This document shows, piece by piece, positions 30,423 through 40,696 of a stretch of 64,000 nucleotides of DNA. A program made the position numbers and the translations under genes. Origin of the DNA: an uncultured Caldithrix sp. (GTDB taxonomy: Bacteria; Calditrichota; Calditrichia; RBG-13-44-9); the NCBI GenBank assembly GCA_964461135.1, contig CAYWTB010000001.1, positions 8,082-72,081 on the forward strand. Direction: 5' to 3'. The notes beneath the pieces are model-generated. The model was not told the origin of the DNA. It searched no databases and saw only the letters and a list, made by a program, of their open reading frames with translations. The stretch's first letter is position 1. Every line of letters starts with the position of its first letter.

Positions 30423-30573
30423 GATATGTATAATCCTATATTTAAATAACTTTCGAAAATATATCCTCCGGATTAAAGCCGGTTAATTCATCCGGAAGAC
30501 GAACCTGCAAGAAATTTTGTTATTACAAAATTACATTGATTTCTATTATAAGCAATAATAAATTTTCTTTACA

Positions 30574-30738
30574 CCGTTGGGGGTGGGAGTGACTGATTCT
30601 ATTAAGGATAACAATGACTCCAGGTATTAACTCGGTTTGAAGGTCCCCGCTTGGAAATAAATCCTGACTTTTGCATCAGTCTCCCCTGAGAAAATACCCC
30701 TCGAACCTGATCCGGATAACACCGGCGGAGGGAAACGG
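30574..30738 (+). promoter_or_regulatory. TPP (THI-box) riboswitch with extended P3 stem
   Basis: CCGTT P1 strand, GGGGGTG, long P3 insert, ...CCCTGAGAAAATACCCCTCGAACCTGATCCGGATAACACCGGCGGAGGGAA, AACGG closing P1. Confidence 0.8.
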
Positions 30739-30768
30739 GCATCGTTTACCGATTTTCCCGATAAATGA

Positions 30769-30799
30769 AACCGTTCCCGGCCATGAACGGTTTTTTTGT
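30769..30799 (+). terminator. Intrinsic terminator (riboswitch expression platform)
   Basis: AACCGTTC-ccggccat-GAACGGTT followed by TTTTTTT. Confidence 0.75.
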
Positions 30800-30825
30800 T
30801 TTATAAAAAAGAGGAGGAAGAAGTG

Positions 30826-31884
30826 AAACAGCTACCGGATATCGGCAAGGTCTCTTCGGAGATTTTTGACGAAATCATCTTACCACAGCTGGGACGCAAG
30901 CGTCCCGAGGTAATAGTAGGCCCCAGGCATGGGGTGGATGTCGGCGTCACGGATCTGGGCCATAATCAGGTAATGGTTACCACCACCGATCCTGTATTTG
31001 TGGTACCTCCTTACGGATGGGAACGCTCGGGGTGGTTTGCAATTCATATTCTGGCTTCGGATGCCGCCACATCCGGCTTACCCCCCCGATACATCACCAT
31101 GGATCTCAATTTGCCCTTATCCATAACCCGCAATGAATTCGAGTCCCTGTGGCAGGTGATGCACCGTGAGTGTGACAAGATCGGGATGGCGGTAATTTCC
31201 GGACATACCGGGCGCTACGAGGGCTGTGATTACCCGATGATCGGGGGGGCTACCGTCATATGTACCGGGCCCAGAGAAGGCTATGTCACTCCCGAAATGG
31301 CCCGGACGGGAGATCAGATTATCGTTACCAAAGGGGCTGCCATCGAAGCCGCAGGATTATTTGCAGTTACTTTTACAGAAAAAGTGGCTCAAAAATATGA
31401 CCAGCAAACAGCCAGAGAGGCAGAGGACATCTTCTGGCAGATGTCGGTGGTGGAAGATGCGCTCACTGCCGTTCAGGCTGGAGTGCGGGAAAAGGGCGTG
31501 ACGGCAATGCATGATGCCACCGAATGCGGCGTATGGGGAGGGCTGGTGGAAGTTGCCCAGGCATCAAATGTGGGGATGGTGATAGACAAAGATAAAATCA
31601 TTGTGCAGGATGTTGTGAGGAAGGTATGCAATCTGTTCGCTATAGATCCTTTCAGTTCCATCAGTGAGGGAACACTGATAATTACCTGCAGGCCTGAGAA
31701 AGCCAGGGAAGTGGTGGATCGCCTGGCGGACCGCAATATCATCTCCAGCATTATCGGGGAAATCGTTGAACCGCAAAAGGGACTTCATTATTATCAACAG
31801 GGAAAAGAACATGAACTGGTCCATCCCCGGGTAGATCCGTTCTGGTCAGCGTTTGGCAAGGCTGCCTCTCAAGCTGGCAAGTAA
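30826..31884 (+). CDS. AIR-synthase-related (PurM-like) protein of unknown function. First gene of the thiamin operon.
   Basis: PurM-like N- and C-domains (GVDVGVTDLG..., ...GHTGRYEG...). GTG start placed after AAGAGGAGGAAGAA, since the upstream MFYKKEEEE extension overlaps the RBS. Confidence 0.6.
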   Translation, partial: KQLPDIGKVSSEIFDEIILPQLGRKRPEVIVGPRHGVDVGVTDLGHNQVMVTTTDPVFVVPPYGWERSGWFAIHILASDAATSGLPPRYITMDLNLPLSITRNEFESLWQVMHRECDKIGMAVISGHTGRYEGCDYPMIGGATVICTGPREGYVTPEMARTGDQIIVTKGAAIEAAGLFAVTFTEKVAQKYDQQTAREAEDIFWQMSVVEDALTAVQAGVREKGVTAMHDATECGVWGGLVEVAQASNVGMVIDKDKIIVQDVVRKVCNLFAIDPFSSISEGTLIITCRPEKAREVVDRLADRNIISSIIGEIVEPQKGLHYYQQGKEHELVHPRVDPFWSAFGKAASQAGK

Positions 31885-31924
31885 GAACAAATTAAATTTT
31901 TCATATTCCATATTGGAGGCAAGC

Positions 31925-32614
31925 ATGAGTAATGCAGAGTATTACCAGCAGATTCGTAAACGATCCGATAAATTATGGCAGGCCATATTCAGCCATCCCT
32001 TTGTCCGGGGGATCGGAGACGGTTCCCTGTCCCGGAAACGCTATGAGTTCTATCTGAAACAGGATTATGTTTATTTGATTGATTTCAGCCGGGTTTTTGC
32101 CCTGGCCAGCGCCAAGGCCTGGATTCTGGAGGATATGGGCTATTTTGCCACCTTGCTGAATGCCACACTCACCATGGAAATGGATCTGCATCGCAAAACC
32201 TGCGCTTCTTTCGGCATTTCTTCAGGAACTCTTGAAAAAACAGAAAAGAGCATGATCACCTCTGCCTATTCCAATCTCCTGGTACGGACCTGTTATGAAG
32301 GAAACATGGCAGATATTTTAGCGGTTTTGTTACCCTGTGCCACTGGTTATATTGAGATTGGTAAGCAGCTGAATGCCGCAGGGCTTTCGGAGAATGAATT
32401 TTACCGGAACTGGATTCTGACCTATTCTTCACAGGAATTTGAAGATCTGACCAACTGGCTGATAAACAGAATGAATCAGTTTGCAGTAGCGGCCCCGCAA
32501 AACAGGAAAGAATACTGGTATAAGCTCTATCGGGCCAGCACGCGATTCGAATATCTGTTTTTTGACATGAGCTGGAATATGCATTTATGGCCGAAGGCAA
32601 TTATCAGCGATTAA
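31925..32614 (+). CDS. tenA: TenA-family thiaminase II / aminopyrimidine aminohydrolase
   Basis: TenA/THI-4 family helical bundle sequence. ATG preceded by GGAGG. Confidence 0.7.
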   Translation: MSNAEYYQQIRKRSDKLWQAIFSHPFVRGIGDGSLSRKRYEFYLKQDYVYLIDFSRVFALASAKAWILEDMGYFATLLNATLTMEMDLHRKTCASFGISSGTLEKTEKSMITSAYSNLLVRTCYEGNMADILAVLLPCATGYIEIGKQLNAAGLSENEFYRNWILTYSSQEFEDLTNWLINRMNQFAVAAPQNRKEYWYKLYRASTRFEYLFFDMSWNMHLWPKAIISD

Positions 32615-32626
32615 TATCATACTAAA

Positions 32627-33292
32627 ATGAATTACGGAAATAATATTTCTGCTTTCGTGCGAACCTGGCACCTCTATGTCATCACCGATGAACATCTCGG
32701 CCAGGGGAAATCACATCTGGAAATCGCCCGGGAATCCCTGGCGGGTGGAGCGGATGTCATCCAATTGCGCGATAAATCCGCCGGTGGATTACAACTGTAC
32801 CAGACCGGTAAGGCACTGAGAGATTTAACCCGCCGTGTAGGAGCCCATTTTATTGTGAATGATCGCATTGATATTGCCCTGGCCACCGATGCCGACGGTG
32901 TGCATGTGGGACAGGCCGATCTGCCGGCCCGGGTTGCCCGCCGATTGATTGGTCCCGGGAAAATCCTGGGAGTATCCGCATCATCACTGGAAGAAGCTCT
33001 TCGGGCCAGGGATGATGGTGCAGATTATCTGGGCGTAGGTCCGGTCTTTGAGGCCAGGAGTACAAAATCAGATGCCGGGAATCCACTGGGATTGTCCCTT
33101 ATATCCAGTATCCGGCAACAGTGTGATCTGCCCATCGTTGCTATTGGAGGTATAAATGCGGATAACCTGCCCGATGTGCTGCAGGCAGGTGCTGACGCGG
33201 TTGCTGTAGTTTCCGCTGTGGTTGCTTCGCAGGATATCCCGGAAACCGCCCGCAAACTTAAAGAAATCATTCTCTCCTGGAAAGGCCGATGA
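32627..33292 (+). CDS. thiE: Thiamine-phosphate synthase
   Basis: HLYVITD...GADVIQLRDK...GVGPVF...IGGI ThiE TIM-barrel motifs. Confidence 0.85.
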   Translation: MNYGNNISAFVRTWHLYVITDEHLGQGKSHLEIARESLAGGADVIQLRDKSAGGLQLYQTGKALRDLTRRVGAHFIVNDRIDIALATDADGVHVGQADLPARVARRLIGPGKILGVSASSLEEALRARDDGADYLGVGPVFEARSTKSDAGNPLGLSLISSIRQQCDLPIVAIGGINADNLPDVLQAGADAVAVVSAVVASQDIPETARKLKEIILSWKGR

Positions 33293-34329
33293 TGAAATTA
33301 CTGAACAAACCGGTATCCAGCATGGGTGAATTTACGCTCATCGACCGAATTAAGAAAATCCTTCCTGAGGTGGATAGTCCGGAAATCCTTCTGGGGATGG
33401 GAGATGATTGTGCAGTGATCCGCCTTGACGATAACAGGGCCATGCTTCTTACCTGTGATATTCAGATGGAAAACCGGCATTTCCGGCGGCAGTTCATTAC
33501 CTTTTATCAACTGGGACATCGGGCCGTGGCGGTAAATCTCAGTGATATTGCCTCCATGGGAGGAAGGCCTACTTACGCGCTGGTGTCCCTGGGCCTGCCG
33601 CAGGATATGACCGTAAAAGAGTATGATATGCTTTTCCAAGGAATGCGGGATGAGCTTGAAACTTACCATACCATAATCGTGGGCGGAAATCTGGCTCAAT
33701 CGGAAAACGGACTCATCATTGATATTACCCTGCTGGGAGAAGTACGGGTATCCCAATATGTAACCAGAAGCGGTGCCAGGCCGGGAGACAAAATATATAT
33801 TACCGGCCAAACCGGCGCCTCCGGGGCGGGACTCATTATCCTTCAGAGATACGGTAAAAATTACCCCGTAAAATATAAAGATCTGGTGGCTGCCCATTTG
33901 AATCCACGGCCACGGGTGGAGATTGGTCAGGTCATCGCCAGACTGGGACTGGCGTCCGCCATGATTGATGTGAGCGACGGCATTGCCGGTGACCTCCACC
34001 ATATCTGCAGCATGAGCCGAACAGGGGCTGATATTTATCAGGAAAAACTGCCTTTTGCCGACATATTAAATGAGGTTGCCGGAGAAACCGGCCATTCTGT
34101 CCTGGATATGGTGCTGCACAGCGGTGAAGATTATGAACTGCTGTTTACTGCCAACCCGGACCAGTCAGATAAAATCCAAAACCACATTTGTAAACCATTC
34201 TCCATTCCTGTTACCGAGATCGGACAGATTCTGCCCGCAGACAATGGCTATTGTATTGTTACCCCGGATAATCAGCGACATGATCTGGAAGCAAGAGGAT
34301 GGGATCATTTCAAGGCCAATCAAGGCTGA
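33289..34329 (+). CDS. thiL: Thiamine-monophosphate kinase
   Basis: GEFTLIDRI...GDDCAV ThiL N-terminus. PurM-like fold. Confidence 0.8.
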   Translation: MMKLLNKPVSSMGEFTLIDRIKKILPEVDSPEILLGMGDDCAVIRLDDNRAMLLTCDIQMENRHFRRQFITFYQLGHRAVAVNLSDIASMGGRPTYALVSLGLPQDMTVKEYDMLFQGMRDELETYHTIIVGGNLAQSENGLIIDITLLGEVRVSQYVTRSGARPGDKIYITGQTGASGAGLIILQRYGKNYPVKYKDLVAAHLNPRPRVEIGQVIARLGLASAMIDVSDGIAGDLHHICSMSRTGADIYQEKLPFADILNEVAGETGHSVLDMVLHSGEDYELLFTANPDQSDKIQNHICKPFSIPVTEIGQILPADNGYCIVTPDNQRHDLEARGWDHFKANQG

Positions 34330-34345
34330 GAAGGGAGAAGTGAAC

Positions 34346-35146
34346 ATGATAAAAAAAGCATTGACAATTGCGGGATCAGACAGCGGCGGAGGGGCCGGGA
34401 TACAGGCGGATCTGAAAACGTTCACGGTCTTCGGTGTCTATGGCATGTCCGCCATAACCGCTTTAACGGCACAAAACACAGTGGGAGTACAAGGAATTTT
34501 TGAAATTACCCCTCAATTTGTGCATGAACAGATCAAAAGCATCATGACGGATATCGGCACCGATGCAGCCAAGACCGGCATGCTCTCCAGCGAGGAAATT
34601 GTTCACACAGTCGCCAAAGCTGTCAAGAAATTTAATATTCCCAACCTGGTAGTGGATCCGGTGATGGTCGCCAAGAGTGGTGATTCCTTGCTTTCCGAAA
34701 ATGCCCGGAAAGCCGTTTACCAGGAACTTCTGCCCCTGGCCAGAGTAATTACACCCAACATTTTTGAGGCTGAGGCACTTCTGGAAAAGAAAATTGAGAA
34801 TCTGGAAGCGATGAAGCAGGCCGCCGCCGATCTGAAAACCGTTGGTTGTGAATGGGTTGTGTTGAAAGGGGGGCATCTTGATATTCAGTCCCAGGCGATT
34901 GATGTTGTCTATAACGGATCGGAATTCAATCTGCTTAAATCCGTCCGTTTTGATTCCAAAAATACTCACGGTACCGGTTGTACCTTCGCTTCTGCCATTG
35001 CAGCGGGGCTGGCAAAAGGCAAAGAACCATTGCAAGCCATAAAAACAGCCAAAGAGTATATTACCGAAGCCATACGTAGCGGATTGCCCCTGGGAAAAGG
35101 CCACGGACCCGCCAATCATCTGGTGGGGATTAAATCCCGCTGGTAA
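34346..35146 (+). CDS. thiD: Hydroxymethylpyrimidine/phosphomethylpyrimidine kinase
   Basis: ALTIAGSDSGGGAGIQADLKT ThiD signature. ATG at 34346 after AAGGGAGAAG. Confidence 0.85.
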   Translation: MIKKALTIAGSDSGGGAGIQADLKTFTVFGVYGMSAITALTAQNTVGVQGIFEITPQFVHEQIKSIMTDIGTDAAKTGMLSSEEIVHTVAKAVKKFNIPNLVVDPVMVAKSGDSLLSENARKAVYQELLPLARVITPNIFEAEALLEKKIENLEAMKQAAADLKTVGCEWVVLKGGHLDIQSQAIDVVYNGSEFNLLKSVRFDSKNTHGTGCTFASAIAAGLAKGKEPLQAIKTAKEYITEAIRSGLPLGKGHGPANHLVGIKSRW

Positions 35147-35198
35147 TACAGGATGATAGAACATCCGGAAGACTTGTCACACTGGAGAGATCATTACA

Positions 35199-35894
35199 AT
35201 GAAAAACCGTTCTGCATTGCTTGCCGGCGCTACTGGCCTTGTGGGCGGCCACTGTCTGACTTTCCTGCAGGAAATGCCCGATATTGCAGAGATCAGGGTT
35301 CTCACCCGCCGGCCGTTAACCGTTAATCATCCCAAAATCAGGGAACATGTAGTCGATTTTAACCATCTGGATCAATACAGAGACATCATTACGGCAGACC
35401 ATATCTTCTGCTGCCTGGGAACTACCATAAAAAAGGCTGGTAGCCGTGAAGCATTCCAACTGGTCGATTATGATTATCCCTACCGGATAGCGGAAATTGC
35501 TGCCAAGAATGGTGCCGAAAATTTTCTGCTGGTATCAGCACTGGGTGCAAATCCGAAATCAAAAATTTTTTACAACCGGGTAAAGGGGGAACTGGAGAAG
35601 GCTGTTTCCTCTTTACCGTTTGCCGGTATTTTGATCTTTCACCCTTCTCTTCTACTTGGCCAGCGGGAGGAGTTTCGTGCCGGTGAAAAAGCGGGGGCAT
35701 TTCTGTTCAGGCTGGTCAGTCCCTTTCTGGCCGGAAAACTGACAAAATATCGTCCAATCCAGGCGCAAGCGGTTGCCAAAGCCATGGTTTATATGGCTCC
35801 GACACGATTAAAGGGCGTGCATATTTTTGAATCCGACCAGATTAAGTTCTTTGCAAATCGATTAAGCAATGCGCAGAGAATGGAACACCGTTAA
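35199..35894 (+). CDS. NAD(P)H-binding atypical SDR / HTATIP2-like oxidoreductase
   Basis: LLAGATGLVGGH Rossmann motif. 231 aa. Confidence 0.6.
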   Translation: MKNRSALLAGATGLVGGHCLTFLQEMPDIAEIRVLTRRPLTVNHPKIREHVVDFNHLDQYRDIITADHIFCCLGTTIKKAGSREAFQLVDYDYPYRIAEIAAKNGAENFLLVSALGANPKSKIFYNRVKGELEKAVSSLPFAGILIFHPSLLLGQREEFRAGEKAGAFLFRLVSPFLAGKLTKYRPIQAQAVAKAMVYMAPTRLKGVHIFESDQIKFFANRLSNAQRMEHR

Positions 35895-36146
35895 TATTCT
35901 TCCATTCTTTTCCGATTCCAAAAGATTGACCCGATTTTTCATTCGGTACAAATATTTTCTAATCTGCTTAGTTCATAAAAAACCAAATCGTGAATATAAG
36001 TTATTATATCCTGATGCCCTGCCCTTCAGGTCAGGGGAATAAGGAGCCCAATATTTGCAGGCTTTAGCCCCGGCCCGTGAATAAAGCAGGCTAACAGACA
36101 TTCAAATTCGCGCCCATATTTCCGGAATACGATAATATACATCCGG

Positions 36147-36407
36147 TTATTTGTCCGGTCCTTCAGATTTCAGTTGCTTCACCGGCCCGGCGGAAGGTTT
36201 TTTTGACATATCTTCCTCGAATACCTGTTTAATATCAGACAAATTAGTATTTACTGCCTTTTTGAACTCGAAAATGCTGTTTCCCATGGCACGGGCGATT
36301 TCAGGTAATCTTTTTGCACCGAAAAGTAATAAAATGACCAGCAAAATAACCATCATTTCACCAATACCTATTCCACCGATCATAGCTGTTATCTCCTTAA
36401 TTGTCAA
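36147..36407 (-). CDS. tatA: Twin-arginine translocase subunit TatA/E
   Basis: MIGGIGIGEMMVILLVILLLFGAKRLPEIARAMG: TatA TM helix plus amphipathic helix. Confidence 0.8.
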   Translation of the reverse strand: MTIKEITAMIGGIGIGEMMVILLVILLLFGAKRLPEIARAMGNSIFEFKKAVNTNLSDIKQVFEEDMSKKPSAGPVKQLKSEGPDK

Positions 36408-36416
36408 ATTCGGAAT

Positions 36417-36737
36417 TTAATCCGGGTAAAATCGCCGAAAAATAAAGTCTGTGAATAGAAACGCCTCATGATCCCTGAGGTTTATATTTTGCTTATTGAA
36501 TTCTTCCTCAATCATCCTAAAAGAATCTGTCCAGTTTCCGATGCTGTCCAGTTTCTGAAGGAATTTCCGGTAGTGTTCTGTATTATCATCAAACAATTTC
36601 TTTATGAAGATCTTTTGCTTTTTACCGGAAATCAAAGAATTGACAGAAGGCATCTGAACCATTTTCCTAACTGTATTTTTTTTCTTCTCAGAATAAATTT
36701 CAAATTCCGGATCAGAGCGTCTCTCCAAAAATCTCAT
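36417..36737 (-). CDS. Hypothetical protein
   Basis: 106 aa. No recognisable motif. Immediately upstream of tatA. Confidence 0.35.
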   Translation of the reverse strand: MRFLERRSDPEFEIYSEKKKNTVRKMVQMPSVNSLISGKKQKIFIKKLFDDNTEHYRKFLQKLDSIGNWTDSFRMIEEEFNKQNINLRDHEAFLFTDFIFRRFYPD

Positions 36738-36870
36738 GATATAACCCCCGGGCTTTTCCTAAGTTTTTAAAATATTTACATTCATTTTACTTAAAATGTT
36801 AATTCAGTCGAGGAGTGGAACACCAGAATCATCAGCAACAGGTGAACCATTCACTCACATTCAACAAACC

Positions 36871-37056
36871 TCAGTTCTGGCCTGCCAGCTTCGATTTGGA
36901 ACCTTTCTTTGATAGTTTCTTTCCGGAATCTCCCGGGTCCGGCTTTTTATAATGTTCATCCTTGGAGGTAAGAACCAGATAAAAACTATATACCAGCATG
37001 CCGAGCAATAATCCTCCCAAAACTATTATCGCAACATATGAAAACAGGGATGTCAT
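36871..37056 (-). CDS. Small membrane protein (hypothetical)
   Basis: Single TM helix and a Lys-rich tail. 61 aa. Confidence 0.3.
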   Translation of the reverse strand: MTSLFSYVAIIVLGGLLLGMLVYSFYLVLTSKDEHYKKPDPGDSGKKLSKKGSKSKLAGQN

Positions 37057-37187
37057 ATAATATCCTCATTTCCTTTAATTGTGTTATAACCTGATCAGCG
37101 GAAAGAACCGCTGATTGTAAATTTTTAAACCAGTTAATTAATAAGGACGCCGCTTATCCTTCAAGCGGCTGTTCTGAAGGGAGGTTA

Positions 37188-37586
37188 TCAGCCCTCTTCG
37201 CTGAGTTCAGTGAGGGGAGACTTATAACAAAGATGAGGGAAATTAAAGTGTAAAAAAAGATTATTTTGCAGATAAGTGCGCACAGATTCCCTTGAGACTT
37301 GTGACTCTGGTAATGCCTTATTAAGGTAACCTGTCTGAACCATTTGAGAAATATTCTGGTTAATGCCACTCAGTTGTTTCGTATTTAAGTAGAAAATGTC
37401 CTGAAATTCATCGGCAGACACCCAGAAATAAGAATGTGATGATTCGTTAAAGGTTAGTGCTGAAACTTCGTGCTGGAAGGAAAAAAATAGCAAAACCAGA
37501 TAAAGAAACAGAAAAAGTATATTTCTAAATTTAAAACAGTTTTTCATAAAGCCGGAAAACCTCTGCATGGATAATCCATACAACAC
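37188..37586 (-). CDS. Hypothetical secreted protein
   Basis: Signal-peptide-like N-terminal region. 132 aa. Confidence 0.35.
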   Translation of the reverse strand: MLYGLSMQRFSGFMKNCFKFRNILFLFLYLVLLFFSFQHEVSALTFNESSHSYFWVSADEFQDIFYLNTKQLSGINQNISQMVQTGYLNKALPESQVSRESVRTYLQNNLFLHFNFPHLCYKSPLTELSEEG

Positions 37587-38127
37587 AATTTAAAACTGAT
37601 TTTTACATTTTAAAAGCTAAATTTATCAACATATTTACACAATATTATACATGTGTGCTCACAAAATGTATTAAGAAATTATCTTTACTGAAAGTTTGCA
37701 TATCTTTTCTGAATCGAACCATCCGGGCGGTACAGAAACACCTCACTGGATATCAATTCATCGATGTAGACATGAGCAGCTTTCTCAGCATCTTCACGGC
37801 TGTAAAAGATCTTCAATACTTCGCCATTTTTTAGGATATGCCATTTTTCCCTCCTTTCCTTTACTTGATTATTGTGCGGATCTTTTATTACATTCTCATG
37901 ACACTGTTGTTACATTTAAAAGTTTTTTTTTTAGCGGTCTGGCATTAATGGCCGCCATTTCATCTTTAAATTTATGAAAATCTTCTTTTAATGCCGGGGG
38001 CTATCCAAAGCCGTTCGGACCTTAAAATTTGTACCGTGTTGACCGGAGTTTGCCCTCTTTTTTTCCGCTTGATTACATTTTCTAAAATTCTTAAATTTTA
38101 TAAATATTTATAAAATAATAAATAAAG

Positions 38128-39135
38128 TTGTTTTTTATGCCGGAACTCCGCAAAGACCCAGTTATTGGAAGATGGGTTATCATTTCCACCGAAAGAGGTA
38201 AAAGACCATCAGATTTCGCTGACACCCAGGTAAAGAAAGAAGGGGGATTCTGTCCGTTCTGCTATAATAACGAAGACAAAACACCTCCGGAGATATTTGC
38301 CATTCGCCCTGATAAATCCCAGCGCGATAAACCGGGATGGACCTTGCGTGTTGTGCCTAATAAATTCCCGGCTTTACGCGTGGAAGGTCAGCTCAACAGA
38401 CAGGGTGAAGGAATTTACGATAAAATGAATGGTGTTGGAGCTCATGAAGTGGTGATTGAGACACCCGATCATTTCAAGGATCTGGAAGATCTTGAAATCC
38501 CGACCATCCGCGATGTCTTCTGGGTTTTCCGCGAGAGGATGCTGGATTTGAAGAAAGATATCCGTTTAAAATATGTAATGGTCTTCAAAAATTATGGCCA
38601 GGCAGCCGGAGCATCTCTGGAGCATACTCATTCTCAGCTGATTGCTACTCCCATCATTCCAAAGACCGTCATCGAAGAAATGGAAGGATCAAGAGCATAT
38701 TTTGGTTTTAAGGATCGCTGTATTTTCTGTGACATTATTCGCCAGGAGATTACATCCAATGCACGGGTGGTATGCGATGATGAATTTTTCATTGCCCTGG
38801 AACCTTATGCTCCGCGTTTTCCATTCGAAACATGGATTTTACCCAAACAACATTTTTCTCATTATGAAACTATTTCCGATGACCTACTGCAACACCTGGC
38901 CCTGATCATGAAAGAAATACTCGGCCGGATAAACATGGCATTGAATCATCCGCCTTATAATTTTGTGATTCATACCTCGCCCTTACAGGACGAACCGGAT
39001 GAATCCTATCACTGGCATATTGAATTTATGCCGAAACTTACCCGTGTGGCCGGTTTTGAATGGGGTACCGGATTTTATATCAATCCCACCAGCCCGGAAG
39101 ATGCCGCTCAGTATTTAAAACAGATTACTCTTTAA
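38128..39135 (+). CDS. galT: Galactose-1-phosphate uridylyltransferase (HIT family, type 1)
   Basis: CPFC zinc motif. HTHSQL (HxHxQ) active site. Confidence 0.85.
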   Translation: MFFMPELRKDPVIGRWVIISTERGKRPSDFADTQVKKEGGFCPFCYNNEDKTPPEIFAIRPDKSQRDKPGWTLRVVPNKFPALRVEGQLNRQGEGIYDKMNGVGAHEVVIETPDHFKDLEDLEIPTIRDVFWVFRERMLDLKKDIRLKYVMVFKNYGQAAGASLEHTHSQLIATPIIPKTVIEEMEGSRAYFGFKDRCIFCDIIRQEITSNARVVCDDEFFIALEPYAPRFPFETWILPKQHFSHYETISDDLLQHLALIMKEILGRINMALNHPPYNFVIHTSPLQDEPDESYHWHIEFMPKLTRVAGFEWGTGFYINPTSPEDAAQYLKQITL

Positions 39136-39149
39136 TCTCGAGGTAAATA

Positions 39150-40628
39150 ATGAGACAATTAAAAATATGTTATGTTTCATCGGAAGTCGTGCCATTTGCC
39201 AAGACCGGGGGATTAGCCGACGTGGCAGGGGCACTTCCCGTCGCTCTCAAAGATATGGATCTGGATATCCGTGTGATGATGGCAAATTATAAATCAATAA
39301 ATGAACGAAAGTTCGTATTGCGTGAAGTGATCCGCTTGAAGGAGGTAAAAGTAAGCCTCAATGATGACACAAAGATAATTGATGGTAAGACCGCTTTTTT
39401 ACCCAATTCAAAAGTCCATGTCTATTTTTTACATATTCCCGATTATTTTGACCGCAAAGAACTTTATGTGGATCCCGCAACCGGCAAGGATTTTGAAGAT
39501 AATGCGGAAAGATTTGCATTTTTTAGTAAAGCCACACTGGAAACTTTAAAACTTCTTTACTGGCAACCCGATATTATTCACTGCAATGAATGGCAAACCG
39601 CTCTTATCCCCTATTATCTTAAAACCCTTTATAAAGATGACGAGTTTTTTAAAAATAGCCGGACTGTCCTCACACTTCATAATCTGGCCTACCAGGGCAG
39701 TTTCCCGCTGGAAAAAGCGAAAAAAATAGGGATTAGTGATGAATATTTAAAACCCGGAAGAGAATTTGAATTTTACGGAAACCTGAATCTGCTTAAGGGT
39801 GGTATTCTGTTTTCAGATGTATTGAATACAGTCAGTGAAAAATATGCAGAAGAAATCACCGAGAGTCCCGAATTCGGCTTTGGATTTGAGAAAATCCTGG
39901 CCAGCCGTAAACAGGATCTTGTGGGTATATTGAATGGGGTGGATTATGAGCAATGGAATCCGGAGACGGATAATCTGATTGCAAAGAATTACTCACCAGA
40001 CTCCCTGGAAGAAAAAAGTAAAAATAAAAAAGCCCTGTGTAAACAAAATAATCTGACCTACCGGGAAGACGTTCCGGTTATTGGGATAATTTCACGCCTG
40101 ACGGATCAGAAAGGATTTGATCTGATTGCCGAAGCAGTAGACGATATTATGAAAATGAACCTTCAGTTGGTTATACTGGGAAACGGGGAACCCCGGTATC
40201 ACAGACTCCTGGAGAAACTGGCTAAAAACTCTCCCGAGAAACTGGCGGTAAATTTGCGTTTCGATAATAAACTGGCACACCTTATTGAAGCGGGTGCTGA
40301 TATGTTTTTAATGCCGTCTCATTTCGAACCCTGCGGTTTAAATCAGATGTACAGTCTGAAATACGGAACCGTTCCCATTGTAAGGGAAACCGGGGGATTG
40401 GCAGATACCATTGAGAACTATGATCCCAAAACAGGATCCGGAACCGGTTTCACATTTAAAAAATATGATGCCAAAGAAATGCTCAAAGCCATCCGCAGGG
40501 CTGTCAAGACTCTCCAGGATAAAAAATCCTGGAGAAAAATTCAGAAAGCGGGCATGGCAAAAGATTTTTCATGGGCCCAATCCGCCCGCAAATATCACGA
40601 ACTTTACGAAAAGGCTTTAAAAAAATAA
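39150..40628 (+). CDS. glgA: Glycogen/starch synthase (GT5)
   Basis: ICYVSSEVVPFAKTGGLADV N-terminal signature. 492 aa. Confidence 0.9.
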   Translation: MRQLKICYVSSEVVPFAKTGGLADVAGALPVALKDMDLDIRVMMANYKSINERKFVLREVIRLKEVKVSLNDDTKIIDGKTAFLPNSKVHVYFLHIPDYFDRKELYVDPATGKDFEDNAERFAFFSKATLETLKLLYWQPDIIHCNEWQTALIPYYLKTLYKDDEFFKNSRTVLTLHNLAYQGSFPLEKAKKIGISDEYLKPGREFEFYGNLNLLKGGILFSDVLNTVSEKYAEEITESPEFGFGFEKILASRKQDLVGILNGVDYEQWNPETDNLIAKNYSPDSLEEKSKNKKALCKQNNLTYREDVPVIGIISRLTDQKGFDLIAEAVDDIMKMNLQLVILGNGEPRYHRLLEKLAKNSPEKLAVNLRFDNKLAHLIEAGADMFLMPSHFEPCGLNQMYSLKYGTVPIVRETGGLADTIENYDPKTGSGTGFTFKKYDAKEMLKAIRRAVKTLQDKKSWRKIQKAGMAKDFSWAQSARKYHELYEKALKK

Positions 40629-40696
40629 GAGTCTACTTCACCTAATCCACAGGCCTCCAATGATACTGACGGAGGCTTTTCATCTACTGACGAAAT

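Noticed and set aside
34070-34345. Upstream in-frame extension of thiD
   Set aside because: It would overlap thiL by about 260 nt. An ATG at 34346 with an AAGGGAGAAG RBS matches the canonical ThiD N-terminus.
40649-40688. Hairpin after glgA (AGGCCTCC...GGAGGCTT plus TTTT)
   Set aside because: The stem contains a G-U pair and the T-run is only 4 nt. Too weak to call a terminator confidently.
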